Below are positions 50,427-59,859 of a stretch of 64,000 nt of DNA, piece by piece (positions within the stretch are counted from its first letter, which is position 1; each line of letters opens with the position of its first letter). The notes beneath the pieces were generated by a model. The model saw only the letters and a program-made list of their open reading frames with translations, was not told the origin of the DNA and ran no database searches. Made by a program: the position numbers and the translations under genes. Source of the stretch: a virus. The stretch is taken from the IMG/VR virus record IMGVR_UViG_3300017992_000023, positions 4,554 through 68,553 of that record. One strand, written 5' to 3'.

Positions 50427-51856
50427 TAAATCCCTCGAAAATCCCAACCATTTTGAGAAAGGCAATGTTTGCAGATAGGGCGTCCAGCAGAATCCCAACC
50501 GGTTTCTTGGTCATCCTCTGGATCAATGTCTCCACCACACATCTCACAACCGTTTTGAATCAGCTCTTCCCAACGCATCTCAGAGACCATCTGGTTCATT
50601 GGACCACAGCGATTCAGCTCAGGGGAGGTGTCTATATCCTCCTCAAGGATTGCAGGAGATTCATCCTCTTCTTCAACCATGAACATCGGATTTTTCCCGA
50701 AAACCGTGTAGTACGGTTCATCACCATAGACTACGCAGCTGCATCCAATAACGTCTACGACAATCGGATCATCCTGCATACTCTCGTAGGTTTTTGCCTC
50801 TAGTCCCGGGACGTGGATCTCTGCCTCTTTACCAGAGGGAGTGCTTACAAAACCGATGAGCTTACCGTGAGTGCTATTCACATCCGTTCCAGAGACTTTA
50901 TAGTACTCAAAGTCGATAGGTTCAAAAGTGACCATATTCCCAAGCTCTAGCCCAAGATTCTTCAGGTGAGCTTTAGCAACGTCTTCTTTAGCTGCTTGCC
51001 CAGAGACTTGATTTGAAGACGAATTGGCAGCGCTCTGGGAGTTACTGCCACCCGCTGGTGTGTGGTGATTGCCTCCTTGATTACCAGTTCCACCGGGTCC
51101 TTGATAGCCGTACTTCTCATACCAAGACTCATAGATCTCGAATTCCTCGACCTCGTATTCCCGAGTATCTTCTGGGTCCATCGAGACATGGACGCCGGGC
51201 TTGAGAGACCATACATCCTCGATGTCAAACCTATTCCTTCCAGCCAACCACTCCAGCATCCCAGCCTCTGACGCTAGCAGCAGAGTATTCTGCTTCTTCT
51301 CATACGCCAGATGTAGTGGTCGCTGTTCGTTACGAGCGAAGTGAATCTTCTCATCACGCATGTCATACCAGATAAGCGCATAAGCCCCATCAAGCTTCTC
51401 TAAGATAGTCTTAGGATCGTCCGTCTGAGAGAGGGCGTAAGCGATTGCTTCGGAATCTACATCAAATTTGGTACTGCCAGGAAGATCATTCCAGTAGTCC
51501 AAGGTCCCATTATGGACCAGGGTCACGTCTCCATGCTGGAATGGATGGGCCGTATCGTGATCGATGCCTCCCATAGTCGCCCAGCGGTTGTGTCCGATAA
51601 GAATCTGAGTCTTCTGAAGCTTAGACAGACTGCTGTCCACATACTTCAAGTCCAGGAAATCATTAGCGTGATAGGCTCGCTTAAGAACCTCGACTGAAGG
51701 GGTGGAGTTAAAGAAATTGCTCTTATCCACCTTGAAGAACCCAGTTGAATGGGGGCCGCGAATTGCATCAGCGATCAGAGCATTCTTAAAGAACTTGCCC
51801 CTATCGATATCATTGGCAGCACCACCAGTACTGATAACACCAACTAGTCCACACAT
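50426..51856 (-). CDS. Class II (Ntn) glutamine amidotransferase with C-terminal Zn-finger extension
   Basis: MCGLVG start at 51856, RGPHSTG, GHNRWAT, AHPF, HNGTL, VDSE; C-terminal CEMC...CKHC. Confidence 0.9.
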   Translation of the reverse strand: MCGLVGVISTGGAANDIDRGKFFKNALIADAIRGPHSTGFFKVDKSNFFNSTPSVEVLKRAYHANDFLDLKYVDSSLSKLQKTQILIGHNRWATMGGIDHDTAHPFQHGDVTLVHNGTLDYWNDLPGSTKFDVDSEAIAYALSQTDDPKTILEKLDGAYALIWYDMRDEKIHFARNEQRPLHLAYEKKQNTLLLASEAGMLEWLAGRNRFDIEDVWSLKPGVHVSMDPEDTREYEVEEFEIYESWYEKYGYQGPGGTGNQGGNHHTPAGGSNSQSAANSSSNQVSGQAAKEDVAKAHLKNLGLELGNMVTFEPIDFEYYKVSGTDVNSTHGKLIGFVSTPSGKEAEIHVPGLEAKTYESMQDDPIVVDVIGCSCVVYGDEPYYTVFGKNPMFMVEEEDESPAILEEDIDTSPELNRCGPMNQMVSEMRWEELIQNGCEMCGGDIDPEDDQETGWDSAGRPICKHCLSQNGWDFRGI

Positions 51857-52821
51857 TAGCAAGATACCTCTAAGAAGTTTTTAAATGATTTGGAATATGC
51901 CGAAGGCTTTCCGGGTAAGTAAGCAGCCCTATTGTGCGCTGCATGTTGCAGAAGGATCGATTGCACATTGCGTGCCCCTCTCAACATAGTACGAGGTTCC
52001 AGGGTTTTCTTGAACCTCTCAGCGATGTCTTCTGGGAAGACTTGATCGAGAATCCTGTCAAATCCCTGACCAGATATTGTCTCTGGGAGCTTCATCAAAT
52101 CAAACGTACCTTTCACAGCTGCCTTACGGATAGACAGAAGAGTATTGATCCATCGCTTGACTGTGCCACCGTCATAGCACCCTGGGAAGACACGAAACTC
52201 AGCAGTCCCAAGAGTCCTGAGAGACTGCAGGTTCAATGCAGAATACTTTGGCCAGTACTGAACAATGGTACGAAGCGCATCTGCTGAGAAATCACTCTTG
52301 ATCAGCGTAGACAGGTTATCCTTCAAGTCAGAAGATTTGCTGATTGGCAGGCAGTAGTTATTGCCCACTCTCTCAGGGGACTCAGAATTCAGGATAGTCT
52401 CCTCAAACATCACGTAATACAAGAGGAAATTTGCCAGCTGCTTAGGAGTCAGATCAGATACATCGACGTGGATGTGGGTGGAGGTTCGCGGGCCTACCGA
52501 AGGAAGCCGCCGCCCCAAGCTCTTCAGCTTAGCGATGGATTGATCTAAAGCCTCTAGCGCTACGCCAACATCGTACCCCTTAATAGGTTTTCCATCGCAG
52601 CTGCTGATCAATTCACAGCAAGTTCCGCGGAGGGAATGATCATGCTCCCATATCCAGTTATTCTCACGAAGGAAAGTCGAGGAATACATGGACAAATCCG
52701 ATACATCTTCGAGCTCAAGCTCAATCCCCACTTGGACATCGGAATCGATGATCGATTCATCTGATTCATGGCTTCGAGTATCCGGATAGATACCGAATAA
52801 AGGACCTACTTGATTCGTCAT
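51856..52821 (-). CDS. Putative amidoligase (COOH-NH2 ligase superfamily)
   Basis: VGIELELE, DHSLR, THIHVD, R..NNYC, KYSALN, GTAEFR. Confidence 0.85.
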   Translation of the reverse strand: MTNQVGPLFGIYPDTRSHESDESIIDSDVQVGIELELEDVSDLSMYSSTFLRENNWIWEHDHSLRGTCCELISSCDGKPIKGYDVGVALEALDQSIAKLKSLGRRLPSVGPRTSTHIHVDVSDLTPKQLANFLLYYVMFEETILNSESPERVGNNYCLPISKSSDLKDNLSTLIKSDFSADALRTIVQYWPKYSALNLQSLRTLGTAEFRVFPGCYDGGTVKRWINTLLSIRKAAVKGTFDLMKLPETISGQGFDRILDQVFPEDIAERFKKTLEPRTMLRGARNVQSILLQHAAHNRAAYLPGKPSAYSKSFKNFLEVSC

Positions 52822-52836
52822 GAATAATTCCTCCAG

Positions 52837-53766
52837 TTAATAAATTTCAGGTTCATCTGTATCCCCTTCAGCTTCAAGCTCATCGAGGAACGCCTCAAAA
52901 TCCAGCTGAGGTGCGGGTGGCTGTCCGTCAGGTGTCTCGACCCAATGAGTAACAGTATTCATTGTTGTCGGGGGATTGTGAGCCATCGCAGCTTTGAGCT
53001 CTTGCCAATAGGCTGCATCATAGGGCTTGGAATCAGGCATCTCGGTTATTTCATCATCAACCTTAAACCCGAGCTCTTCGAGTTCCTCACGATACCTCTT
53101 CAAATCCTCAGAGATCAGCTTAATATCCCCTGAGTCTAGTGAATAATGCCCAATAACACGACCCTCTCGGGCAACTTGAAACTCTTCTCTCTCGTAGGAA
53201 AGATGGATGGAGTAATCGTTGGACAATGCACAGCCTATTCGCTTCCCATTAGCCAGCTCTTCAAGAGCATCCTCTAGAGTCCGATATTCCGGACCGTTCC
53301 AAGCCCGGAACAAAGCTTCGGCGTAAGGTTCCTCAGTGAAGATGGAGGCAGCGAGAGCCTCTGACTTTGCAGGATCCTTGTAGGCTATGGAGTACTTAGA
53401 TGGAGTCTTCCGGTACTTATAGTTCCCCTCCACATCTGCAAGACGCGAGAAGTACACAGCTCTCGGACCGATTTCAAGAACCCCCAGCTCTGGGAAAGAC
53501 AGCTCTAACTCATCTATCTCTGCCCCTATTTCCAGCACGGTATCCCAGCTGTTTTTGTGCGGGTAACTTCCCAGCCTAAACCAAGCTAGGTCAGCAGGGA
53601 TAGACTCATGGTCATCACTCTCGTATTCACATGAATCTTCATGCTCTTCATTAAGACCAATAGAATAGATGAACGCTGGGATAATAGTCTTATTCGGCAA
53701 CTTCACCCCAACGAAAGTGTTGGAATACTTTACATGAAGATCGTGAATGGTCTCTCTGTAAGGCAT
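52837..53766 (-). CDS. Hypothetical protein of the amidoligase cluster
   Basis: 309 aa, GGAGG RBS, within operon. Confidence 0.6.
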   Translation of the reverse strand: MPYRETIHDLHVKYSNTFVGVKLPNKTIIPAFIYSIGLNEEHEDSCEYESDDHESIPADLAWFRLGSYPHKNSWDTVLEIGAEIDELELSFPELGVLEIGPRAVYFSRLADVEGNYKYRKTPSKYSIAYKDPAKSEALAASIFTEEPYAEALFRAWNGPEYRTLEDALEELANGKRIGCALSNDYSIHLSYEREEFQVAREGRVIGHYSLDSGDIKLISEDLKRYREELEELGFKVDDEITEMPDSKPYDAAYWQELKAAMAHNPPTTMNTVTHWVETPDGQPPAPQLDFEAFLDELEAEGDTDEPEIY

Positions 53767-53774
53767 CGGGCCTC

Positions 53775-54602
53775 CTATGCTACTAGCAAATTAAGGTCAG
53801 CGCAGTAGCTTTGGGCTGCTTCCACGTCAGACTCGTTAATGATTCGTTGAATCTCCGCACCATCAAGAGCACCGTCTTCGAGGTAGTACATGAACTCCTC
53901 AGTGCGTTCCAGGCCCATCTTGATTGCTTCGAAAGCCCATCGCAGAGTTTCATCAGAGCGAAGCCAGAAGTTGCTCAGAGTGCGATACTCGATCCCATTG
54001 AATGGATCTTTCGCCCCCATGAACTTCGGACGGTGGCATCCAGCCTTGCCGTAAAGGGATCGACGAGTGCTGTCTGGGTCCATCACAACAGACGGGAGAG
54101 CCGCGGCAATATCGCATGCTTTGACCACATTAGCACGTCGGATAGCTTCTGCACGATTACGTGCGCTGTCCAAGTAGTCCAAACTGATATGAATATGCCC
54201 AGCGCCTGAACGAAGGTTGGTAGCACCCAGATCAGGAGGATTATTAATGCTGAGGCTCCAAGCATTAAAGTCTGGCTCACATCCTGCGGCCTTAGCTTTG
54301 GCGTGGTCGAGCTGGTCATCATCGAAGACCCCGGTAGGTTGAACAGATACGGACAGATCGAGCGGCTTGATGATAGTAGTGATATCGTCCATCACCAGCT
54401 TATGATTCTCGATGAATTCCTCTACAGTCGCAGAGGGTTTGGAGTTAAACTCCAGAAGGACATTGTCCTCTTGGACAGATCCGTGATTGGTAATACGTGG
54501 TTGCTTCTTTGTACCGCCAATCTTTCCGATAGAACTAATGAGCTTACCGCTCTTATCCTTCAGAAAGATCTCTGGGTCAGAGCCTAAAAGAAAACCGTGC
54601 AT
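53775..54602 (-). CDS. phiEco32-like COOH-NH2 ligase type 2
   Basis: LGSDPEIF, IGGTK..P, QEDNV..EFN, GCEPDFNAW, R..AGHIH, RR.LYGKAG, EYRTLSNFW. Confidence 0.92.
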   Translation of the reverse strand: MHGFLLGSDPEIFLKDKSGKLISSIGKIGGTKKQPRITNHGSVQEDNVLLEFNSKPSATVEEFIENHKLVMDDITTIIKPLDLSVSVQPTGVFDDDQLDHAKAKAAGCEPDFNAWSLSINNPPDLGATNLRSGAGHIHISLDYLDSARNRAEAIRRANVVKACDIAAALPSVVMDPDSTRRSLYGKAGCHRPKFMGAKDPFNGIEYRTLSNFWLRSDETLRWAFEAIKMGLERTEEFMYYLEDGALDGAEIQRIINESDVEAAQSYCADLNLLVA

Positions 54603-54617
54603 TAGGTGTTCCTCCGA

Positions 54618-55220
54618 TTACTTAATCTTTGAGTCCAGTACCTTGACAACGCTGTCAATGAACTTGTTGATCTTCTTGATCTTACGAGTGATCGCCTTGC
54701 TTTCGGTCTGGATAGACTGGAGCTTAGCTCGCTCAGCCTCAGCCTTAGCGATAGCATCAATCAGTTCATCTTCTGACATTGTGTTAACATCAGTACCGTT
54801 TACCAGTTGGCGGGTTTCGAATTTAAACATTTCATTTTCCTTTACATTGGATGGCATAGGTATGCATGGCTTGGTGGAGTATGCAATCGCAATACTCCTC
54901 GATACAGGTAGGCCCTCTTTTATCAGTCTCTTGACAAGGTCGTCATAAGTGAAACGCAAGTTATCCTGCAGATGCGACGGAAGGGACTTTTCAATCTTAA
55001 TAGCCCTGACTATCGACTGCAAGACAGATCTCTGGTATGAGCCCCCAGCCTCTATCGCCTCAATAGCGTTCTTATGCCACTTAGGGTCATTACGTATCAG
55101 CAGTGACAAGTGAAAGAGGCTATCCTCAGTTAAGTTTACCTCATCATTCATAGACATCCCTCGTGCTGATGCGTATCCCATTGGCAACGTTGGTTTGGCT
55201 GAAGTTAGCCTCCCTTTCAA
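54618..55220 (-). CDS. Hypothetical protein (start uncertain; possible internal start at MFKFETR)
   Basis: C-terminal coiled coil; upstream start ambiguous. Confidence 0.5.
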   Translation of the reverse strand: MKGRLTSAKPTLPMGYASARGMSMNDEVNLTEDSLFHLSLLIRNDPKWHKNAIEAIEAGGSYQRSVLQSIVRAIKIEKSLPSHLQDNLRFTYDDLVKRLIKEGLPVSRSIAIAYSTKPCIPMPSNVKENEMFKFETRQLVNGTDVNTMSEDELIDAIAKAEAERAKLQSIQTESKAITRKIKKINKFIDSVVKVLDSKIK

Positions 55221-55362
55221 TGCTCTGCGCTAGGTGAGCCGCTGATATAGCCCCTGCAAGCATCTGCCCATCTAAGAGTTCGATGATGTACTCAGCTGCT
55301 TTCAACGGGGTTGAGCAGTACCTAATACCGCCATCTGATGTTACTAAGTAGATCTTGATCAT
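55144..55362 (-). CDS. Hypothetical protein
   Basis: 72 aa, ATGA coupling. Confidence 0.5.
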   Translation of the reverse strand: MIKIYLVTSDGGIRYCSTPLKAAEYIIELLDGQMLAGAISAAHLAQSIEREANFSQTNVANGIRISTRDVYE

Positions 55363-56156
55363 GCTACATCCTCGATGTACTTCTTGATAGCACCAACGTA
55401 GGCATCAACAGTCGTGTCCCCGCTCAGGCCAGGGGCCGTATTAACTTCAAGAACAACAGGAGATCCATCGACATTGATCACATCAACAGCACCGAAGATA
55501 AGACCAAGGGCTTTAACAGCTCGGATAGCCTCTGCTTGGAATCCATTAGGGATAGGGATATCTGATCCATCAGCATTCTTACGAGCAAAGATCCACCCGT
55601 TTGCATGAGATCGGATAGACTTCTCAATCCCGATAGGAGGCTCACCAGTCTTACGGCGCTTCTTTGCATGGTCGATGACCTTACCATTGAAAACATGGAA
55701 GCGGTATTCACCCTTAGACTTGTTGAACTCAGTGAACAGGTGAGCTTTCGGCAGGTATGTCGCCTCGTTAGTCAGGACAATACCTTGCCCAGAGTGACCA
55801 GTCAACTTGGTCCGAGCTGCGAGAACAAGGCCGTCGTTATGCAACCACTCTAAAGCCTGCAAGTAGTCATCAGTGTACCGGGGGATCTTGACCCCATGTT
55901 CAGACAGCAGGTTAAAGGCCAACCTCTTATTGGATGCCGTATGTACGATACTGGGGCTGTTGAGTACACCATCTTCGGCTGCCCATTTAACCGCACGAGA
56001 AGAGCCCCAGTTAACGATGATATCTCCGGGCTTGTAAACGTAGGTGGACCCAGTGGTCTTCAATCGACGATTAGGGACGCCTGCCTCTCTCAGAGCCGTG
56101 CTAAGGGCCTCTGCACTAACCGATCCAGATACATAGGGGTTGATAAAAAGTCGCAT
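55359..56156 (-). CDS. ATP-grasp peptide ligase (RimK/glutathione synthetase-like, phage type)
   Basis: IVNWG, SNK, GHSGQGI, EYRFHVF, FGAVDV, VLEVNTAPG; likely start 56156. Confidence 0.9.
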   Translation of the reverse strand: MRLFINPYVSGSVSAEALSTALREAGVPNRRLKTTGSTYVYKPGDIIVNWGSSRAVKWAAEDGVLNSPSIVHTASNKRLAFNLLSEHGVKIPRYTDDYLQALEWLHNDGLVLAARTKLTGHSGQGIVLTNEATYLPKAHLFTEFNKSKGEYRFHVFNGKVIDHAKKRRKTGEPPIGIEKSIRSHANGWIFARKNADGSDIPIPNGFQAEAIRAVKALGLIFGAVDVINVDGSPVVLEVNTAPGLSGDTTVDAYVGAIKKYIEDVA

Positions 56157-56157
56157 A

Positions 56158-56841
56158 TCAGGACTCCATAAGCTTTTTAACTGTGTAGAAAAAGTACTGG
56201 TAGTACTGTGAGTGTGATGACATCCATTCGGGATGTGGCTGGTGCCCAAGTGTCTTGGTGTTAGGCCAGTAGACCACCTCTGGGTCTATTTGATCTCCAG
56301 CATCGTCCGTAGTACCAAAAGCAAGATGTCCTGGGCATATCTCGACAGGATTCGACTCCCTTGCATAGAGAAGGATCTCCGCATCTGGGGTTGGGACCAT
56401 CATTTGATGATGATCTGAAGACACTAGAAGAATCTTTGCGCCGTCGTCACTGTACGCTGTGTGGTCACCGTGATGCCCCGTCATGTGCTGAACACAAGTG
56501 CCACCATTCAAGTAGCAGAGGAACTGAGCCCCGCGGCAGATGCCAACAATAGGGATCTTCAACGACAAAGCTGTCCTAGCTACATGAAGCTCAAAGGCAT
56601 CCCTACTGGGGCTTGTTGGCCCACATTTTGGATCCTGTATGTACCCGAAAGACAGCGGATTAACATCCTCTCCCCCGGTTAGGCACACCAAGTCTGCTTG
56701 AGATATATAATCATTTATATCTGGGTGATCTGAGAGAAAATCATGTGGGTCGATGTTGTATACGTTCGCCCCCTCAGATTCGAATAGGTCGACATAGTCC
56801 AGATCTCCTAGTACAAGTACCTTTTTGCCTGCAAGTTTCAT
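56158..56841 (-). CDS. Class I glutamine amidotransferase (peptidase C26 / gamma-glutamyl hydrolase-like)
   Basis: TGGEDV.P, RD.FE, GICRGAQ, HHQ, QPHPE. Confidence 0.9.
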   Translation of the reverse strand: MKLAGKKVLVLGDLDYVDLFESEGANVYNIDPHDFLSDHPDINDYISQADLVCLTGGEDVNPLSFGYIQDPKCGPTSPSRDAFELHVARTALSLKIPIVGICRGAQFLCYLNGGTCVQHMTGHHGDHTAYSDDGAKILLVSSDHHQMMVPTPDAEILLYARESNPVEICPGHLAFGTTDDAGDQIDPEVVYWPNTKTLGHQPHPEWMSSHSQYYQYFFYTVKKLMES

Positions 56842-57479
56842 TTACGCTCCTCTATAAACTGTTCGAAGAAATTATCAATAGCTGTCTTATCCCAACTGCT
56901 AGACCCAACAATCCTAAGTGGGTGAAGACTAGCTTCTTTGATGAGATCGCTGAAGTTATCCACCACGATCTCCAGGAGGTCTTCAGGTAGCGCACTCGTT
57001 CTCTCAGCTATGTTCTGATGCCCGGGCTGTGCCAGACAGAATTGAGACCATTCGTTAAACGTATCAGTGAACCTCTTAACGATGTGGCCTGAACCAGCCA
57101 GGATACTCCTAATAAAGTCATCACCCTCCTCTCCAGGAGACCGGATAAAGGACAACAGAAACAAGGTAGAGATCTTTCCAGATCCCTTATGGAACTTGAG
57201 GGATAGGTCATCCTCCAACCATTCACCCAAGTCCCTTTTAAGCAACTCTTGGTACCCCAATCGCTCAGTGCGCGTGAGTGATGAGAAATCTGGCCTGATT
57301 ACGAAATGGTCAACCTCTTCATACGCTGGAGAGATCATACCATCGTATTTAAGCTCGGCTTCAAATTCCTCTTCATCAATCAGGTGCCTAATGCAGATAG
57401 TTTCGTGTTCCAATACCTCCCCGGACTTCAGATGATACTCGATCACGTGCATAGATACCCTCCTCTGCTTCTTGAACAT
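56838..57479 (-). CDS. Hypothetical protein
   Basis: 213 aa within the cluster. Confidence 0.55.
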   Translation of the reverse strand: MFKKQRRVSMHVIEYHLKSGEVLEHETICIRHLIDEEEFEAELKYDGMISPAYEEVDHFVIRPDFSSLTRTERLGYQELLKRDLGEWLEDDLSLKFHKGSGKISTLFLLSFIRSPGEEGDDFIRSILAGSGHIVKRFTDTFNEWSQFCLAQPGHQNIAERTSALPEDLLEIVVDNFSDLIKEASLHPLRIVGSSSWDKTAIDNFFEQFIEERK

Positions 57480-57840
57480 GCGTCATCCAGTTTCCAGATG
57501 GGACTGGTTGAGCACCGCTGGGGACGTTGGCTGTTTCCATGAAATACAGGTAAGCCTCACCCCAAGGAGTGGGGATTCGTTTCCTGTCATATAGGTCTGG
57601 ATAGCCCTCCAGTGTATCCAGTACATGCAGGTCCTCTACCTCGTACACTTCCAGATAAACAGAGTGTTCACCTTCAAGTGTAATTGCAGGATACCATGTC
57701 AGATCCCACATAGTAAAGGACGGTGGGGTCCAGAAGCCACCCATCGGCTTCCCTCCAGCATCCTTCATGATCGCATGGTTCCCCATGTCCTTCCTGAGAG
57801 TACCGTATACAGCTACACGTGCGACGGTCTTTTCAGCCAT
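57388..57840 (-). CDS. Gamma-glutamylcyclotransferase (AIG2-like)
   Basis: VAVYGTLR, N(H), YPA, EVYEV, LD.LEGYP..Y.R; likely start 57840. Confidence 0.9.
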   Translation of the reverse strand: MAEKTVARVAVYGTLRKDMGNHAIMKDAGGKPMGGFWTPPSFTMWDLTWYPAITLEGEHSVYLEVYEVEDLHVLDTLEGYPDLYDRKRIPTPWGEAYLYFMETANVPSGAQPVPSGNWMTHVQEAEEGIYARDRVSSEVRGGIGTRNYLH

Positions 57841-57841
57841 C

Positions 57842-58093
57842 TTAGCGCCCCCAAGGAGCATACAGTGGGTCCTGAGTGCAAGAGGTGCAGGTATACAGAT
57901 TTGCGCTCAGAAGCTCAGCGATCCTCTCACAGTGGTCGTATGTCCCAGAGACATAGATGCTGACAGGTGGCTTCACGTTGCCGTTAGGGTCAGTAAAGCC
58001 CTCAGCATTGAACCAGAAGCCTCGTGGCTCCTCTGAGGCATTGGCTCCAAGAGAGGCCAGCGCGATGATGATAGTAATCAAAAGCTTCTTCAT
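57842..58093 (-). CDS. Small exported protein with signal peptide
   Basis: Start 58093 MKKLLITIIIALASLGANA-S (Sec signal, A-x-A). Confidence 0.6.
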   Translation of the reverse strand: MKKLLITIIIALASLGANASEEPRGFWFNAEGFTDPNGNVKPPVSIYVSGTYDHCERIAELLSANLYTCTSCTQDPLYAPWGR

Positions 58094-58362
58094 TAGCTGA
58101 GATCCTTTTTGATCAAACAGTATTGAGCAGTCACATCGACCCAAGCCTTTGCGGATGTGCCGAACGTATTGGAACTTGACCATACCTCTCCATGAGAAAG
58201 GGAGTAGAGGGTATGATTGCCATTCGGTCTCTTGACGCAAAGATAAAGCTTGTTGTTGAAAGTGGAGCCCTCACCAATAACACATCGGTATATGTGCCCT
58301 GGGATTGCCTCTGGGTAATCAGATGGGAGATGTTGAACTTTCGGTTTCTCACAGATTTCCAT
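58093..58362 (-). CDS. Hypothetical protein
   Basis: 89 aa, GAGG RBS, coupled. Confidence 0.55.
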   Translation of the reverse strand: MEICEKPKVQHLPSDYPEAIPGHIYRCVIGEGSTFNNKLYLCVKRPNGNHTLYSLSHGEVWSSSNTFGTSAKAWVDVTAQYCLIKKDLS

Positions 58363-58377
58363 GATTGAACTTTCCTC

Positions 58378-58466
58378 AATCCTATATGTCTAATAGTCTA
58401 TTAGACTGGTTAGATGATAAGTAGAGAAGGATGATAAGTCCTATAGGACTATTAGACTATTAGTCT
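58378..58466. repeat. Dispersed palindromic element, copy A
   Basis: GTCTAATAG-T-CTATTAGAC (58388-58406), AGTCCTATAGGACT (58437-58450), AGACTA-T-TAGTCT (58454-58466); aligns to 62478-62557. Confidence 0.8.
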
Positions 58467-58651
58467 GATACGACTACCTTCTTAGCTACAAAGATATGAC
58501 TAGCAGATCCAGCAGCCCGTTGGACAGCCTCTTCCTTAGTCGGATAGAATCGGATAGATCCGTATATGGTCATGTTACAGTAGGTCTCCCCTCCCTGTTT
58601 CAGCAATGGTTTCAGATTGCTTTCGATGTTGTCAGCCTCGACAGGTGTCAT
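58460..58651 (-). CDS. Hypothetical protein
   Basis: 63 aa, ATGA coupling. Confidence 0.5.
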   Translation of the reverse strand: MTPVEADNIESNLKPLLKQGGETYCNMTIYGSIRFYPTKEEAVQRAAGSASHIFVAKKVVVSD

Positions 58652-58941
58652 CCTCGGGCCACCTGCATACCATTGTGCAGCCTACCCTCACGCTTGAATC
58701 GGCTCCATCGGGAGAGCTGGCTCTCACTGATGCCCAGCAGCTTGACAAAGTGGTTGTACTGTACATCAGCAGGACGTGACTCCAGCAGGTTAACAGCCAA
58801 AGCGGGGATGTCAGTGCCTGCAAAGATCCTACCTCGACGGGTCACATCGCACTGGTTTGCTCGCTCTCGAAGCATTACCACTTCTCGAATGAACGAGTCA
58901 TGTTCGTCCTCTTCAGGGTGCAACTGGATTACGTTACTCAC
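58648..58941 (-). CDS. Putative helix-turn-helix DNA-binding protein
   Basis: YNHFVKLLGISESQLSRW HTH-like pattern; AGGAG RBS with GTG start. Confidence 0.6.
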   Translation of the reverse strand: MSNVIQLHPEEDEHDSFIREVVMLRERANQCDVTRRGRIFAGTDIPALAVNLLESRPADVQYNHFVKLLGISESQLSRWSRFKREGRLHNGMQVARG

Positions 58942-58944
58942 TGA

Positions 58945-59210
58945 TATTCTCCTGATAAGATAAATTTATGGAGGCTCTCAGCCCCCGAGATGGGACATAA
59001 GTAAACCTTATGGCTTACTTTACTGTTGAATAGGCACCATCTGTCAGCCCTCCTACTGGGAGTCGATGGGCATGCTCTGCTCAAGGCATGATTTGTAGTG
59101 CTGAATCACCTAGCACATTGTTAAAGATGCACTGAGTACTCGGCTCCATGCGCTACCCAGATGAAGGATCCTCACGCAGTTTCCTTGCGGCAAGCTTTCA
59201 GTGCTTTTCA
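58945..59210 (-). ncRNA. Candidate structured non-coding RNA / processing region
   Basis: About 265 nt with no sizeable - strand ORF; GCACTGA/TCAGTGC stem (59129-59135/59198-59204) plus several hairpins. Confidence 0.35.
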
Positions 59211-59211
59211 A

Positions 59212-59637
59212 TTACTCAGATTCAGCCTCCTCAGCCTCCTTGAGGTATTTGTCCATTGCTTGCTCAAGGACCTCCAGGGATTTCCCACCAAGCTCTTGTA
59301 CCCGCTCATTCTGAGCAAGCTCAGTGACACCATAGGCAGCCAGCATCTTGTATGCAGTGTCCTTCTCGGGGATGATGGCATTCAAGGTCCCGCCGATAAT
59401 CCAGATGCTGAAGACTACAACCCAAGCCCAGCGCAAAGGTCTTGACCCGCTGATGCCTGCCCAGAAGTTTTCCCAATCCTCTGAATCACTGGTACCCGTG
59501 TCTTTACTAGCAGCTAAGACGCCCGTGATCAACGAGAACACAAGGGCAAAGAACCCCAGAATAAACGCAGTCCCAGCTGCCGGGAAAGGGTTCCCAGCGA
59601 AACCATCAATGAAGTAGATGATCCACATTAAATCCAT
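59212..59637 (-). CDS. Membrane protein (two TM segments)
   Basis: Likely start MDLMW 59637; two hydrophobic segments; IIP.KDT.YKMLAAYG motif. Confidence 0.65.
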   Translation of the reverse strand: MDLMWIIYFIDGFAGNPFPAAGTAFILGFFALVFSLITGVLAASKDTGTSDSEDWENFWAGISGSRPLRWAWVVVFSIWIIGGTLNAIIPEKDTAYKMLAAYGVTELAQNERVQELGGKSLEVLEQAMDKYLKEAEEAESE

Positions 59638-59639
59638 GA

Positions 59640-59852
59640 CTAGCCCCTCATAAGGTTGTTTGTGATGTTGGACATGAGACGTTGACGCAACATCTCCCAA
59701 TTCTGCTCTTCCTTGGCCAAGACCTCGGTAAGCTCATCAGGGCTGTAGTCAGACATCTTCGCCATGATACGGCGGAAGGCCCTTGACTGGTCAAACGTGT
59801 ACTTTGAAACCCGCTCAAGGGCCTCGGCTCTCTTCTGCTTCTTAGACTTCAT
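59640..59852 (-). CDS. Hypothetical protein
   Basis: 70 aa, GAGGAGG RBS. Confidence 0.6.
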   Translation of the reverse strand: MKSKKQKRAEALERVSKYTFDQSRAFRRIMAKMSDYSPDELTEVLAKEEQNWEMLRQRLMSNITNNLMRG

Positions 59853-59859
59853 AAAGCCT

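Noticed and set aside
59129-59204. Second hammerhead or HDV-like ribozyme (CUGAAAG...GAAAC)
   Set aside because: The core does not match CUGANGA, and no consistent HDV nested double pseudoknot could be built; retained only as a generic structured RNA
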